A model generated the notes under the pieces. The model searched no databases. It had not been told where the DNA came from and saw only the letters and a program-made list of their open reading frames with translations. A program made the position numbers and the translations under genes. A DNA stretch of 64,000 bases from Octopus vulgaris (lineage: Eukaryota). The stretch lies in assembly GCA_951406725.2 (NCBI GenBank), contig OX597824.1, forward strand, positions 28,086,001 through 28,150,000. Direction: 5' to 3'. Shown piece after piece: positions 26,863 through 40,319 of this stretch. Position 1 is the stretch's first letter. Each line of letters opens with the position of its first letter.

Positions 26863-26996
26863 CAGCTGAATGGTGGATTGAAGCAAAGTGAAATAAAGTG
26901 TTTTGCTCAAGAACACAACACGCTGCTTGGTCCAGGAATCGAACCCACGAACTAGCAATTGTCAGTTCAATATTCTGACCACTAGACCATGCGATT
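26863..26996 (-). mobile_element. SINE head D fragment
   Basis: aaataaagtgttttgctcaagaacacaacacg...ggaatcgaacc...tgaccactagaccatgcg. Matches 48655-48768. Confidence 0.65.
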
Positions 26997-28169
26997 TGAA
27001 GCTTGTCTTTTACTTTAGATAAATGTCAACGAAAGAATGAGATCTAGTGTCCAGATAGAACTGAAAACGGTAAGACGGATAACGAAATAAAACAAACCTT
27101 TGATGATGTCCCTCAAGAGTCTTAGAGGACACCGTCCAGTCACCTGACTAAACTAGATTGGCATTGAATCCGGATGAATGAACGTTTAATTCGACACAAG
27201 GTGCATTTGAACTCTCATTTTTTTAGCATGAAGTCATATGAAAGCACATTATCTGATATTTTACAAATTCTGCTATTTAGTGACCGTTTGAAAAGTGTCA
27301 ATAATGATTTCTAGCTTCAGCACGGACATAACAATTTTGAAGACAAACAAAGATGATGGCTTCACTAGTAGCACTTAACTGTTTCGTATTTTTATCATCT
27401 CCGGATGTAGGAAAAGCAGAGGCGTCTCACGTCGGTAGCACTTGAACTTATAACTTAAACTGTGGAATCGAAGCACAATAACCCCACCACCACCACCACC
27501 TGCCCCTATTATCATTTCTAAACAGTCTTCCTTCCCACACCTCTCTCTCTCTCTCTCTCTCTCGCTCGTTCATTTTTGTATCTTTTCCACGCTTTCACTC
27601 TATTATGCGGAATACTAACACCAATAACAACAACAACAAAATCTTCAACAAAATTAATTACAATAATAACGAGGAAATTTTGTTGCCACTTTCCATTAGA
27701 ATATTGAGTTAACTTTAATTAACAATGTCAATACACACCCACGCCTTATACATCGCAATCTATACCTCACACACACACGCATACACACACACACACACAC
27801 ACACTCACTCACATAGCCATGTACACACATTCACGTACGTTTGAAAGATCGATGGCACAATGCCTTCATTATACTCATTACTTAAACGGCCAACACCGCC
27901 CTCAGAAACCTACCTCTCCTTCACCCTGCCCCGTCGTCTCACTGCCATTCTCCCAACTACCGTCACCCCCCCACCAACCATCATATTAACGTTGCCACTA
28001 CACCGCTCCGCTCTTTTTTTTTGTTTTTGGAATTTTTTTGTTTTTGTTTTGTTTTTTTTTTTTGCTTTGTCGTCGTCGTTTGGAAATTTATGATTGTTTT
28101 TATTGTTTCTGTATCTTTTGAAGGGTGATAAGATGAAGATTTGTGCAAATATTAAAATAATAAAGCATG

Positions 28170-28879
28170 GAGGAGAATGAGTAGGGGGAAATCAGGAATT
28201 GAATAGACAAGAGAGAGAGAGAGAAAGAGAGACAGAGAAGGTGGGACGGAGAAGGGAAGAGAGAGAGAAGAAGAAGAGAGGGTGTATGTATATATATGCG
28301 TCTATGTGTGTGTATGTCTGTAATAGAGGTGGAATATGAATATGAGTGACAGAAAGGGGAGGGGGTAGATGATGTAAAGAGTGAGATAAAAGGAAAGGGA
28401 GGAGAACATAGGGAGTGGGTGATATTAAGAGAGAGAACGAGAGATAAGCCACAGAGAGAGAGGGGGGAGGAGAGACCGAGAGATATTGTGTCGATGAGTG
28501 AAAGAATATCAAACGAGGAGGTGGGAGAAGAAAACGAATGAGCATAAAAGACAGGTCACCGGTGGAGAGATAATTAGAGGTAGAGAGGGAAGGAGAGAGA
28601 GAGGGGGAATGAAAAGAGAGACATAGAAAGAGAGAACGAAGAGGGAGAAGAGATTAAGAAAGATGGAATAATAAGAAGACAAACCAGAGGAAAAGAGAGA
28701 GAGAGAAAGAGACCGAAACACAGAGAGAGAAAGAAAAAGAAAGATGTGAGAGAGAGAGAGAGAGAGAGAGAGATGGATTGAAAAGAGAGACATAGAAAGA
28801 GAGAACAAAGAGGGAGGAGAGATTAAGAAAGATGGAATAATAAGACAAACCAGAGGAAAACAGACAGAGACCGAAACAC

Positions 28880-28910
<31 letters not shown>

Positions 28911-29140
28911 TGAGAGATAGGGATGAGAGTAGGAGAGAGATTAGACTGGAAGAAAAAAGGAAATAAAAAAAAGCAGAAATAAACAAAGAAAGATAGAATT
29001 AATGAAAGAGAATTAATGACAATGAACGAGAGAATAAAAGAGAACGAGTAAGAATAACAGAGAATGAATGACAAATACAGATTGAGACACAGAGAGAATG
29101 AGTTGGAGGGATATATAGAGAGGGAAATGGCAAGAGAGTG

Positions 29141-29171
<31 letters not shown>

Positions 29172-29200
29172 GAAGAAGGGTTAGTAACAATATTTGAATG
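28170..29200 (+). repeat. Purine-rich (GA) low-complexity tract with an internal ~169-bp tandem duplication
   Basis: gaaaagagagacatagaaagagagaac...accgaaacacagagaga occurs at 28611 and 28780. Confidence 0.8.
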
Positions 29201-30263
29201 ACAAGCTAAAAATAAATTAATCATAAATATGAATGAAATAATAGATGAAAGAAAACCAGAAATAAAAGAATAAAGAAAAATCCGATATAAAAATAGAAAA
29301 AAAAAGGAAGCAAAACCATACACAAATAAATAAATAAATAAATAAATAAAATTGAAAAATATAGCAAAAACAAAACACAATAACACATCAAATACAAAAA
29401 TATTAGGATATTGCTTTCTGACATTGATGGACGGAATTTTGGTACTGGAGGTCGCACTGTATTAAATCGACCCCAGTATAAAACTGGTACTGTTTAATCG
29501 ATCTCAATCCACTTGAGTCATGAAAGACAACGACATCAATATTTTTGCTGACAATCCGTCGGTTGCGACGACGAGCGTTCCAGTTGATCCAATCAACGAA
29601 ATTGCCTGCTCGTGAAATTAACGTGCATGTAGCTGAGCACTTCGTAGGCACGTGTATCATTAACGCGTTATTTGAACTGACAAGGCAAAGAATTTCCAAA
29701 AATCCACGAACCACTTGGTTCCGGGTTCAACCTGTACTCTTTCACCACAACTTTCTCTCGCTCTTTCTTCATACTTCTGCTACAAAGCAGAGGAAACATG
29801 ATGTAACCATGGTGTGGTACACTTTCAGACCCTTGTCTAGATTGCGAATCCTCTGTACCCCAGGATATTCAGCTCTCCACCTGTTAAAAGCCACCGTTTA
29901 CGGAATGAGGATAACGACGTAGAGAGTGAGGTGGGGGAAAAATAGATGTGAGATACGTAGGGATATTATATTTGTAGATGCATTTTTTAGGCAGAATGGT
30001 ATACATATAAGAGTGCAATACTTAATTATTAAAACCCAATAGTATTTGAAATTGGTCATTCCAATTATAGAGTTTATAGAGTTCTTGAATCAAAGGTTTT
30101 ATATAAAGTGACCTAAAAATAGGGAGTATATTAGTAGGGTCAAATCGAAAACAGGAAGAGTGGAATAAAGAAAGGGAAAAGGAGAGAAAAAAGAGAAAAA
30201 AGTGAGAAATAGTTCTAAAATCTACACAGCCTTGGTTTGTTTCTCTCATTACGAAAAAACAAT

Positions 30264-30334
<71 letters not shown>

Positions 30335-30336
<2 letters not shown>

Positions 30337-30926
30337 ATAAAACGGTAAGATAACAAAAGAAAGAAAGAGACCTCAATATTATGTAAATAGAGGAAATTTA
30401 TCTATACAATATGTTACATTACTGTAGTCAAGATAAACTCTGAGTTTCAGATGCCGAAGTGGAAATATCTCTTATATCTGGCTATTTGAAAACGTTATGA
30501 AAAAATACCGTTAAAAATGAAGGAAATTACTCTGTTATAACTCTGCTTTGCCTGCGTACTTATACATCGCTCGCATTTTTCGTCATAAAAATTATATAAA
30601 AATACATAAAAATATATAAAAATATATAAAAATATAAAAATATAAAAATATATAAAAATATATAAAAATTTTATATAAAGATTTTAGATTTTATATATTT
30701 TTATATATTTTTATATATTTTTATGTATTTTTTATGACGAAAAATGCGAGCGATGTATAAGTACGCAGGCAAAGCAGAGTTATAACAGAGTAATTTCCCT
30801 TCATTTTTAACGGTATTTTTTCATAACGTTTTCAAATAGCCAGATAACCGAAGAGATGGTGTTGTGGATTTCCACTTCGGCATCTGAAACTCAGAGTTTT
30901 ATCTTGACTACCGAGTAATGTAACAT

Positions 30927-30934
<8 letters not shown>
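30335..30934. mobile_element. PLE-type terminal module with a ~270-bp inverted duplication (HHR family H3), in (TA)n
   Basis: 30403-~30670 is the reverse complement of ~30690-30934. The left arm extends ~70 bp further. (TA)n lies on both sides. Confidence 0.8.
30842..30904 (+). ncRNA. Type I hammerhead ribozyme motif (U4C variant)
   Basis: AGAUAA-CCGAAGA-GAUG..gugg(auuu)ccac..CAUCu-GAAACUC-a-GAGUU-UUAUCU. Stem I is 6 bp, stem III is the near-palindrome ACUC/GAGU, and the triplet is GUU. The left-arm copy has core deletions. Confidence 0.6.
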
Positions 30935-31011
<77 letters not shown>

Positions 31012-31028
31012 ATATGTATGTATGTATG

Positions 31029-31185
31029 TCCTTCTCCTATGTTTCCGACGAAGAGCTCCGCTCGAAACATTAGACCGTCCTTTCCTTCTTTCCTTCTTTC
31101 CTGAGCGTCCAATAATACTATATTTGTTCCACGTCCTCGCGTTGTTGTGTGTTTTTTGTGCTTTCTTCTTTGGATTAACTTTACA
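31029..31185 (+). mobile_element. Short PLE terminal fragment with a degenerate minimal hammerhead (family H4), between microsatellites
   Basis: guuu-CCGACGA-a-GAGC-ucc-GCUC-GAAAC-auUA-gac at 31041-31075, followed by a pyrimidine-rich tail and then (TA)n. Confidence 0.55.
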
Positions 31186-31187
31186 CA

Positions 31188-31231
<44 letters not shown>

Positions 31232-31795
31232 TATATACATACATACATACATACATACATACACATACACACATGTGTCTGTGTGTGTCTGTGTGTACAT
31301 AATTATTAGATTTTGCATGCAACCGAATTTAAGGGAAGAGAGAAAGAACAATCAGTTAAATCATCAACGTATTATTGTTATTTTTATTATTGATACTTAA
31401 GTGGTGTGAATGGTCATGAAGACTCTTCCGAATCCCACTCCGTCATCTTATACAGAGAAAAAAATGGATTTGTTATATATTGTGGTTGTAGCATGCACAT
31501 TAGAACAATATATGGGTGCTAATAGGAGTGGGAAGTGTGTGCATTATATTATATGTCTGCTGGATCAGGGTGGGGAAAACCGAAAAAAAGAACAGCAGCT
31601 ATAATGTCGAAATATGTCAAAAACAAAAATTAATAAATAACCATTGTTAAAAATAAACAAATTAAGAAATAAAGATTTTATCTATTTAAGAGAGCACAAA
31701 AGAAATCAGTCGATGGATTGATACTGGAAGAGAAAATTGATTTAAAACAAAGAAAAAGTGTGTGCGTGTGTGAGTGAGTGTGTGTGCGTGTCTGT

Positions 31796-31842
<47 letters not shown>

Positions 31843-32075
31843 ATAATAAGAGGCTTCCAAATAGGAAAGCGTTGTGCTAGAACACAAAAAAGGGATAAAT
31901 TCACGAAAGGAATGAAAATTAAAAATATTTACCATCTCAACTATATCCCAGACCGACGGTTTCTAACTATTTCCAGCAAAAACATATTTGCCGAAGGCAA
32001 GTTTCTTCAGTGGGACAGCCTTAATAATCATGCTAGATCCACATGTAGATCTAACGGTTTGTAAATCCTAACTTT

Positions 32076-32148
<73 letters not shown>

Positions 32149-33299
32149 ATTGAAACTACAAGGGGAACTGGAATGGTAGTAGGTTGTGATAGCGAAGTTT
32201 ACAGAAAATGAAAAAGATAAATTTGTGCAAAAAGATGATGAGTAAGTGTTTTTTTTCGTTTGCGACTCTTAAACGTAAATTCTGGATGAAAACTGTACCT
32301 TTCAAATATTGTTTTGAAGAGGTCCCTTAAAAATGTTATTAACTATTCTTCTTGTTACAGTTGTTGTTTTAGCATCACATTAACCTTAGCGATTCCATCT
32401 TTTGTTGCAATATCATTCCTCAAGAAATATGTTGCCTTAATGTATCACCCATTCAACAATGGTGATGTTGCTACTATTTCTAACAGCTCGAATGACTTTA
32501 TACAGATAATTCGTTGTCCCGTTAATTAATTTTTAGAGGAAAGTGGCGCATTTTGATCACTTCTATATCCACAAAACTTTTTTAACTACATTTTGAAATA
32601 TATATTTAAAAAAGTAAAAAGAAAAATTTATCAGCATAACCATCAGATTTGAGTATTTTCTCTTCTTTATGTGTGATAATTTTTTTATTCATTTTCACTT
32701 TATTGATCAGTGAACACATCTATTGTCACAAGCATTCCATCCATGACCCTGCCAAATTTGTCATAAATACCAAAGTCCACTATCACATCATCCTATTGAC
32801 CATTCTATACGATGTGACTTAAGTTAGTTTGCGCTAGTGTTTCTAGTAGTGGAGGCAACCACGTTGATGTTCTATCATAGGACAATAATAATTCATCACT
32901 ATGTCAAACATATTACAGTTGATTAGCCCGAATATCTGGTTCCCTCCAATCAGCTCCAGTTCAATATAACAGTATTGATAGAAAGTTAGTCAAATGCTTA
33001 GTAATATTTCTTCCAGTTCTGCACTGAGACAAATCAAGGAGGGACAACCTTTGCTTTTCAGCCCTTTCAGGATCGTTAAGATATAGTGCAGATCCAAGAT
33101 GTTGGGTAAGAGAAATGTCTGAGCATTGGTCATGATGCTTTGTGAGATTGATTCCCATTGTTGGCACTGTGATCTCTAAGATTTAGGATTTAATCCGTTT
33201 AGCTTAAGTCCATCCTTTGGGGCAAATAGTTTCACTCTGTTGCAAGAAACCAAGCCAGGACTTAGGTTTGTAGAAACTTATTCTCCTTATGGTACGATC

Positions 33300-34330
33300 A
33301 GTTCTTTGTTCGTTGCAACCCACTAGGTATCCTCTCTGTGACGGTTACTCAAGACTCCCGTTCTTTTGGGCTTTGCTACTTGCATACAACTATTCAGGGT
33401 CTTGTTTACAGACCGTTTTTCTTTTATATCGTCAGTCCATAAACATCATTGATGGCCTTTAACTCACCTGTCAAGGTGGTACTGGACAGTGACTCATCGC
33501 TTATTGAATCTCTCTTGTGGACTTGATTTTGGACCATAGACTCCTTTGAACTTTCGGCTTTTCTAGTTTTGCAACGATTTTTACTCCATCTTCTCTGCTT
33601 ATTCTGCCCGATCTGCGAATGATTTACATCTGAAAAGGTTGTATCTGCTTTCCATAGCCGTGTACATCGTCTTTGTATCCTTTACTTTCATATTTAAGAA
33701 TTTCTTTTCACTGACGAATCGGTAAATAAAACACTACTTCACTTGAAAGCATTTAATGGATTTCATTTTATGAAGGTGTTGATGAAAAGCCGACACAAGC
33801 TGATTATGCAATCTTGTTTCTAACCGCTTATTCTCAACTTTGGGTGCATTTTCTGTGAGAGGAAACTCCCAGATTTCATGAGAAAATTTAATGGTTGCAT
33901 TGAGGAAATTGAGTTTTGATTGCCGAATTGTGTATTCTCATTCATACAGTTTTTCTTACATATCAAACACATAACGTTGATTTCAAGTACACTAATGTCA
34001 CATTAATATAAATCGGTTAATGCTATGCAATCCATTTTGTTGTATAACAGCCCTAATTTTTCTTGTCATATGTAAGATGGATTAGATAATCGACATGGTG
34101 AACTTGTAATTGGAGGATCTGTAGAAAAAAAAATAGACATCTAGAACAGAGCTTTGCATATTTCTCCATGGGATCATTTTTCATTTCTCCTGACATATTA
34201 CCATGTATTTACTCATCTTCGACTCTTTCTCCATATTATGATACCTGCCGTGTTACTTACTCAATTTCTCCTGTATTCAATATTTCTTCTTTCCTATTTC
34301 TATTCTGCATGGCACTTCGTTGTACGAGTA
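33300..34330 (-). mobile_element. Highly degenerate RTE-like LINE relic (tentative)
   Basis: The minus strand gives the WTDDIKE peptide (~33420-33440) typical of RTE C-termini. Little else is readable. Confidence 0.3.
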
Positions 34331-34415
34331 TGAAACCTTTGGGCAGAAACAATTTGGTGCCGTTTATCTGACGTCATCATCAGACGCTGAGTTTATTTGA
34401 CATCAGATATTTTAA

Positions 34416-34645
34416 AGGCGGCGAGCTGGCAGACACGTTAGCACGCCGGGCGGAATGCGTAGCAGTATTTCGTCTGCCGTTACGTTCTGAGTTCAAATTC
34501 CGCCGAGGTCGACTTTGCCTTTCATCCTTCCGGGGTCGATAAATTAAGTACCAGTTACACACTGGGGTCGATGTAATCGACTTAATCCGTTTGTCTGTCC
34601 TTGTTTGTCCCCTCTATATTTAGCCCCTTGTGGGTAATAAAGAAA
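34416..34645 (+). mobile_element. Young SINE family A (A1) with 12-bp TSD
   Basis: Flanked by cagatattttaa at 34404-34415 and 34646-34657. Confidence 0.9.
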
Positions 34646-35156
34646 CAGATATTTTAATGTTTCTTTCGATCTCTCTTTCTTTTCTCTTTAACTTTCTGTA
34701 TATTTGTCTGTCACTCTATCTCTCCCCTCTCTCTTTTTCTCTCTGTTTATTTACGTAAGCATATTTCTCTTTACGCGCATAAGGAGAGGGAAAGTGTTTA
34801 TGTTAATCATACTCAAATAATATATTATCTCTTTCACACTCTCTACCTGTGCGTGTATATTTCTGCACTCACTATCGTATGGATGTATGCATGCACCGCG
34901 CATGCCTTTACGTTTGTGTATTTGCCTCCAGCGCTAAAAATTATGCGTTGAAAACAGGTCGAATATAGGATCAGTTATTCCAGATCGTTACCGTCCATAA
35001 AGCTACACCCACATGTCTCATTCCGATCACTATTCATCTCTCACCATTACTGCACTGTACCTTCCAACTATTCTTTTGTCCTGCCCATGTATCCACTTCT
35101 TATTTCATCTTGTTTCCCTTTACTTATAATTCATTCTATTTAAGACATCTTAAGCC

Positions 35157-35619
35157 AAACTGGATATTGTCTGGAAATCAACCCTGTCAGAAAAACTTGA
35201 CAGGGACGGTTTCTATCCAACAGTATCGTTAATCCTTTTATATACAGCAACAGTCTTGGCGCTTACCAAAAAACTGGTAACCAAGTTACATAGAAAATAC
35301 AGCAGAATATTAAGAACAGTCTTACATATATCTTTCAGAACACACAATCCCACCAAGGTGTATGGAGATCACCCATTATAATGGAAAGGGGCCTGTACTT
35401 AGCGGGACTTGGCCGGTGAGCTAAACAAGAGATGGCAAGTGACTTATTGCTATGGATACCAAGCATGGCCGTAATCAAGCAGGTCGTCTGAACATTGTAT
35501 ATGTAGATCAGCTGACCTTGGGCGCTGGATGCCTTCCCGAATACCAATCTAAACCAATGCCGCACAGAAATGGATGGCGTGTACATGTTCAAAATATCCG
35601 AGCAGGCCCTACCCTATAA
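35157..35619 (+). pseudogene. RTE/RTE-X clade LINE, 3' part of RT ORF (5'-truncated, degenerate)
   Basis: Translates KLDIVWKSTLSEKL..FYPTVSLILLY..LTKKL..YSRILRTVLHIS..YG..LAG..AKQEMASDLLLWIP/HGRNQAGR..YVDQL..HRNGWR..V, matching the RTE-type C-terminal pattern, with stops and frameshifts. Confidence 0.75.
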
Positions 35620-35802
35620 TGGTGAAATCATCCATCTAATATCATTTCTCATACAATTCACTCCTTCTCTTCCTATCCATTATTTCTTGCATAGTCTATT
35701 CCGTAAGGGGAGAACATTCGGGCAGGTTTAATGAAGTCAGATATTTAAACGAATATTTCGAATCAAGGATACATCTCAGGCGGGGATCCCTGGATCTTAC
35801 TC

Positions 35803-35804
<2 letters not shown>

Positions 35805-35899
<95 letters not shown>

Positions 35900-35929
35900 A
35901 ATCCATCTATCCATCTATCCATCCATCCA

Positions 35930-35967
<38 letters not shown>

Positions 35968-35979
35968 TACATATATATA

Positions 35980-36021
<42 letters not shown>
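35805..36021. repeat. (TATC)n/(TCCA)n/(TA)n compound microsatellite
   Basis: Direct reading. Confidence 0.95.
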
Positions 36022-36025
<4 letters not shown>

Positions 36026-36388
36026 GGTCCCGGGTTGATTCGGGGTTAACCACAGTAAATAAGGTACTCAATACATAGCAGAGTAAAATTAATTTATTAT
36101 ATAGAAGGAGCTTCTACAGGACTAGAACTGTTTCATTCAAGAGAAATCTTCAGGAAGCTAGTTAACAAGAATTGTATTGGCATTTATACATTTAGGCAGG
36201 TTTAAAGGGGTGGTGGTGGGGGACTTTTTGGGGGTAGGCATAGCGCAAAAAAATCATACTTGGGGGAGTGGTCAAGGAGTCAGTGGTAAATTAGATAGAA
36301 GAATAAATAAAAGAATAAAAAAAGAGAGAATAAAAAAATATATAGAAGAATAGAGTTTTAGGTAAATAAGGAAATTCTCACTTATACC
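36022..36388 (-). mobile_element. PLE 3' terminal repeat (family H1), longest copy; possible 3' end of the Naiad element at 39657-41071
   Basis: Same sequence as 3183-3320 plus ~230 bp of extra upstream sequence. Same strand as, and downstream of, the RT/GIY-YIG ORF. Ends in (TA)n. Confidence 0.75.
36109..36159 (-). ncRNA. Minimal type I hammerhead ribozyme
   Basis: AGCUUC-CUGAAGA-uUUCucuuGAAu-GAAACAG-uucuaguc-CUGUA-GAAGCU. It differs from the 3183 copy only in loop III. Confidence 0.75.
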
Positions 36389-36389
36389 T

Positions 36390-36457
36390 ATACACATATG
36401 TATACATATATACACACACACACACATATACATACACACATACATACACACACACCC

Positions 36458-36491
<34 letters not shown>

Positions 36492-36508
36492 ATATACATA
36501 CATATACC

Positions 36509-36546
<38 letters not shown>

Positions 36547-37418
36547 CACATATACATGCATATACATACACACACACACATGTATATATACACACACACG
36601 ACCACACATACACATACACACAAAAAAATATATACATACACACACATACACATACACACATACACACACATATATCCACATACACACATGCACACACAAC
36701 ACACAAGTCCCTATATACTCATATATACATATACACATACATGTATATATACAATATATATATATATATATACATACATATGTGTACCTATTCATACCTA
36801 CACATACACACATATACATACAAATACAAACCCATTCCCTAATTTTAATTTTATTATCTTCATTTATTACTTTTGTTATCTTTGACCGCTGGTCACAAGC
36901 ATCTTGGCTACGACAGCTAGTCCCTTTTATCTTTCTACTTGAGCACAAGCACTCACTCACGCACGCACACTCATTGGCACGCACACTCACTCATTCGTAC
37001 ACTCATACACATACACGCACGCACGCGTTATATTCATACATACATACATCTACATACATACACGTATATACACATACGTACGCGTACCTACAGATTCATG
37101 TCTACAATCTTAGAAGACTAGTCTATACATATACACCAATAAATATATATACACACATACATATACACCTACATACAAATACATACATACATATATATAC
37201 ACATATATATACATACACATACACACACATATATATATATATATATATACACATATATATATATCTACATACATATCCGCATACATACATACATACATAC
37301 ACCCATACATACATACATATATACACACATACACACACCCACACGTATACATATACATACATATACGCGCATGCATACACATACAAATACATACACATAC
37401 ACATATACATATACATAC

Positions 37419-37456
<38 letters not shown>

Positions 37457-37826
37457 CATACATATACATACATACATATACATATATACACACACACATA
37501 CATACACATATACACATACACGCACATACACATATACATGCGTACCCATACACACACACACACATGCGCATCCATATATACACATAAGTACACACATGCG
37601 TAAAAGTATACATATATCTATGCTTACACATACACACACACACACGCCACTCCTTATGTTCATACTTACATGCATACTCAAAAAATAAGTAATAAAATAT
37701 ATATACGTGCAGTTATTCATACATACATACTCAAAAAATAAATAATAAATAATAAATAATAAATATTAAGTATATATACGTGCAGTTACCTATTATACAG
37801 ACGGATACATACATATAAACACACAC

Positions 37827-37892
<66 letters not shown>

Positions 37893-38074
37893 TACATATA
37901 CATACTACACATATGTACATATACATACACACATACATAACTCTACGTACCTACATATACCTAAACACACGAGCGTACACGTATATGTACATATACACAT
38001 ACACATACACACACATATATACATACATACATATACATACACGCATATATACACATATATATATATATATATAC

Positions 38075-38109
<35 letters not shown>

Positions 38110-38616
38110 CACACATACACACATATATACATACATATACATACACACACATACACATACACACACACATATACATACACACATACACATACACACACAC
38201 ATATATATATATATACACATATACACATATATACATATACACATACATACATACACATACATATACATATACACACATACACACACATACATATATACAC
38301 CCACACACACATACATATACATACACACATACATACACACATATATACACATACATACATATATATATATATATATACATATACATGTGTGCAAACATAC
38401 ATACATACTCATACACACTCACACACTTACATATACATATATACACACACTTACACACACATATATATATATATATATACATATACATACATATATATAT
38501 ATATATATACATATATATACACACACATACATATACACATACACATATGTACACATACACACACATATTCACATATATATATATATATATATATACATAT
38601 ACACACATATATATAT

Positions 38617-38651
<35 letters not shown>

Positions 38652-38776
38652 CATACACACACACACATATATATATATACCCACACCTACACATACACAC
38701 ATATATACATATATACATACATATACATATACATATACATATACACATGCACATACGTATAACTCTACATACCCAC

Positions 38777-38817
<41 letters not shown>

Positions 38818-38985
38818 TATATATACATATATACATGTATACATACACGCACATATATATACCCATCTACAATCTGTATATACACAAACATACATGCACA
38901 TACACCTAACTCTACATACCTACATGTATATCGACATACTGGCGTACACTCATATATATATATATATATATACACATACACATAC

Positions 38986-39036
<51 letters not shown>

Positions 39037-39089
39037 CATATATATACACACGCACATATATATACATATATATATACACACACACACAT

Positions 39090-39137
<48 letters not shown>

Positions 39138-39570
39138 ACAATTGAGGGTAAAGTTAATTAGTTATTAATCAATTTCACCAAGTATTCAGTATGTAAAAGG
39201 ACCATTATTTTTTTGAGTAAACATTGTCTGAGAGAAAATTTTCTTTAAGTAGTGGAAAAGGCTAAAAAACTTATTTGGCTGCTATTTCTAGAAAGTTCAG
39301 TATGTGGCAAAGTAATTTATTTTACTAAGCCCTAATTATATAATATTTTATATATACATACACATCCATACACACATACATATACACATACATATGCATA
39401 CACACACATATACATATATACATATATACACACACACACACACACATACATATATATATATTTTTTTACATACATACACACACACACACACACATAATAT
39501 ATGCGTATATTCCTACTATACCCATACATTTCTATACATATATAGGATACACATATAGAAGCGTGCACAT
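36390..39570. repeat. ~3-kb compound (CA/TA/CATA) microsatellite tract with unique islands
   Basis: Direct reading. Internal motifs recur: aactctac(a/g)tacc(t/c)acat at ~37939, ~38761 and ~38908; tatatacgtgcagtta at ~37701 and ~37773. Confidence 0.9.
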
Positions 39571-39656
39571 ACAATATGTGAAAGGTCTTAGGAGAAAAGG
39601 TAGTCGGGGGTGCTAGGGGAACGGTGGGATTGGGGGGGTTTGTGGGTGGGATGTCA

Positions 39657-40319
39657 TCAATCTGGTTGCCGGGTAGGTCTATAGTTCTTGTAGTTTGCAT
39701 AATTCTTATGCATGCAATTTGGGGAGTGTTCTGAGATCTTGTTAAGGAGAGGGCCTTTGGCGAACAAGATCTCTAGGCTCTCCGAAATGCAAAGGTCACA
39801 GCAGGTATGGCCTCCTGTGTACGAACGCGCCTTCTGTAGTAGTTTCCACTTGGTCTTGAAGGGGATGGAGTTCCTTTTAAGGTACCAGATGTGGGCGGCG
39901 AGGGTAGTTTGGTTGGATTTATCCGGTCGCCGGAACGAGTGTGTGTGTGCGTACCAACGGGTCTTAAAGCTGTTTGACGTCATTCCGATGTAGGATTTTC
40001 TTTTATCGTCAGGGCCTGATCTTACCTCGCATGTATATACTAGGTCCCTCTGTAGGCAGTTGTTGTTGAGGGGGCAGGTGGTTTTATCAGGGCAGTTGCA
40101 ATTGCTATCGGACGTTGGATGGGCCTCGGAAAAAGTAGATATGTTAAGTTTTTTCACATTGTTGTTGGCTAGGTTCCTGGCTAGATTGGGCGTGGTAGAG
40201 TAGGAGAGTCTAATAGTGTTCTTATTTAGGATAGTGTAGTACTTATGTTGGGTGGGGAAGTGTTTCTGTAGGAGAGTGAAGAAGATTTTAGCTACAGGTG
40301 TAGCGACCTCACGGTTGAA
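39657..40319 (-). CDS. PLE linker + Zn finger + GIY-YIG endonuclease (continues the RT across a 1-nt frameshift)
   Basis: The frame is open from 40319: FNREVATPVAKIFFTLLQKHFPTQHKYYTILNKNTIRLSYSTTPNL..CNCPDKTTCPLNNNCLQRDLVY..YIGMTSNSFKTRWYAH..CCDLCISE..LLNKISE..CMH. Confidence 0.88.
   Translation of the reverse strand, partial: FNREVATPVAKIFFTLLQKHFPTQHKYYTILNKNTIRLSYSTTPNLARNLANNNVKKLNISTFSEAHPTSDSNCNCPDKTTCPLNNNCLQRDLVYTCEVRSGPDDKRKSYIGMTSNSFKTRWYAHTHSFRRPDKSNQTTLAAHIWYLKRNSIPFKTKWKLLQKARSYTGGHTCCDLCISESLEILFAKGPLLNKISEHSPNCMHKNYANYKNYRPTRQPD

Noticed and set aside
36272-39145. Many long His/Thr/Tyr/Ile or Cys/Val/Met ORFs (also throughout the window)
   Set aside because: They are translations of CA/TA microsatellites.
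39654-39659. Tandem TGA codons ending the PLE ORF as possible selenocysteine (some Naiads are selenoproteins)
   Set aside because: All conserved Cys positions use normal Cys codons, the TGAs fall after the conserved domain, and I could not identify a SECIS.
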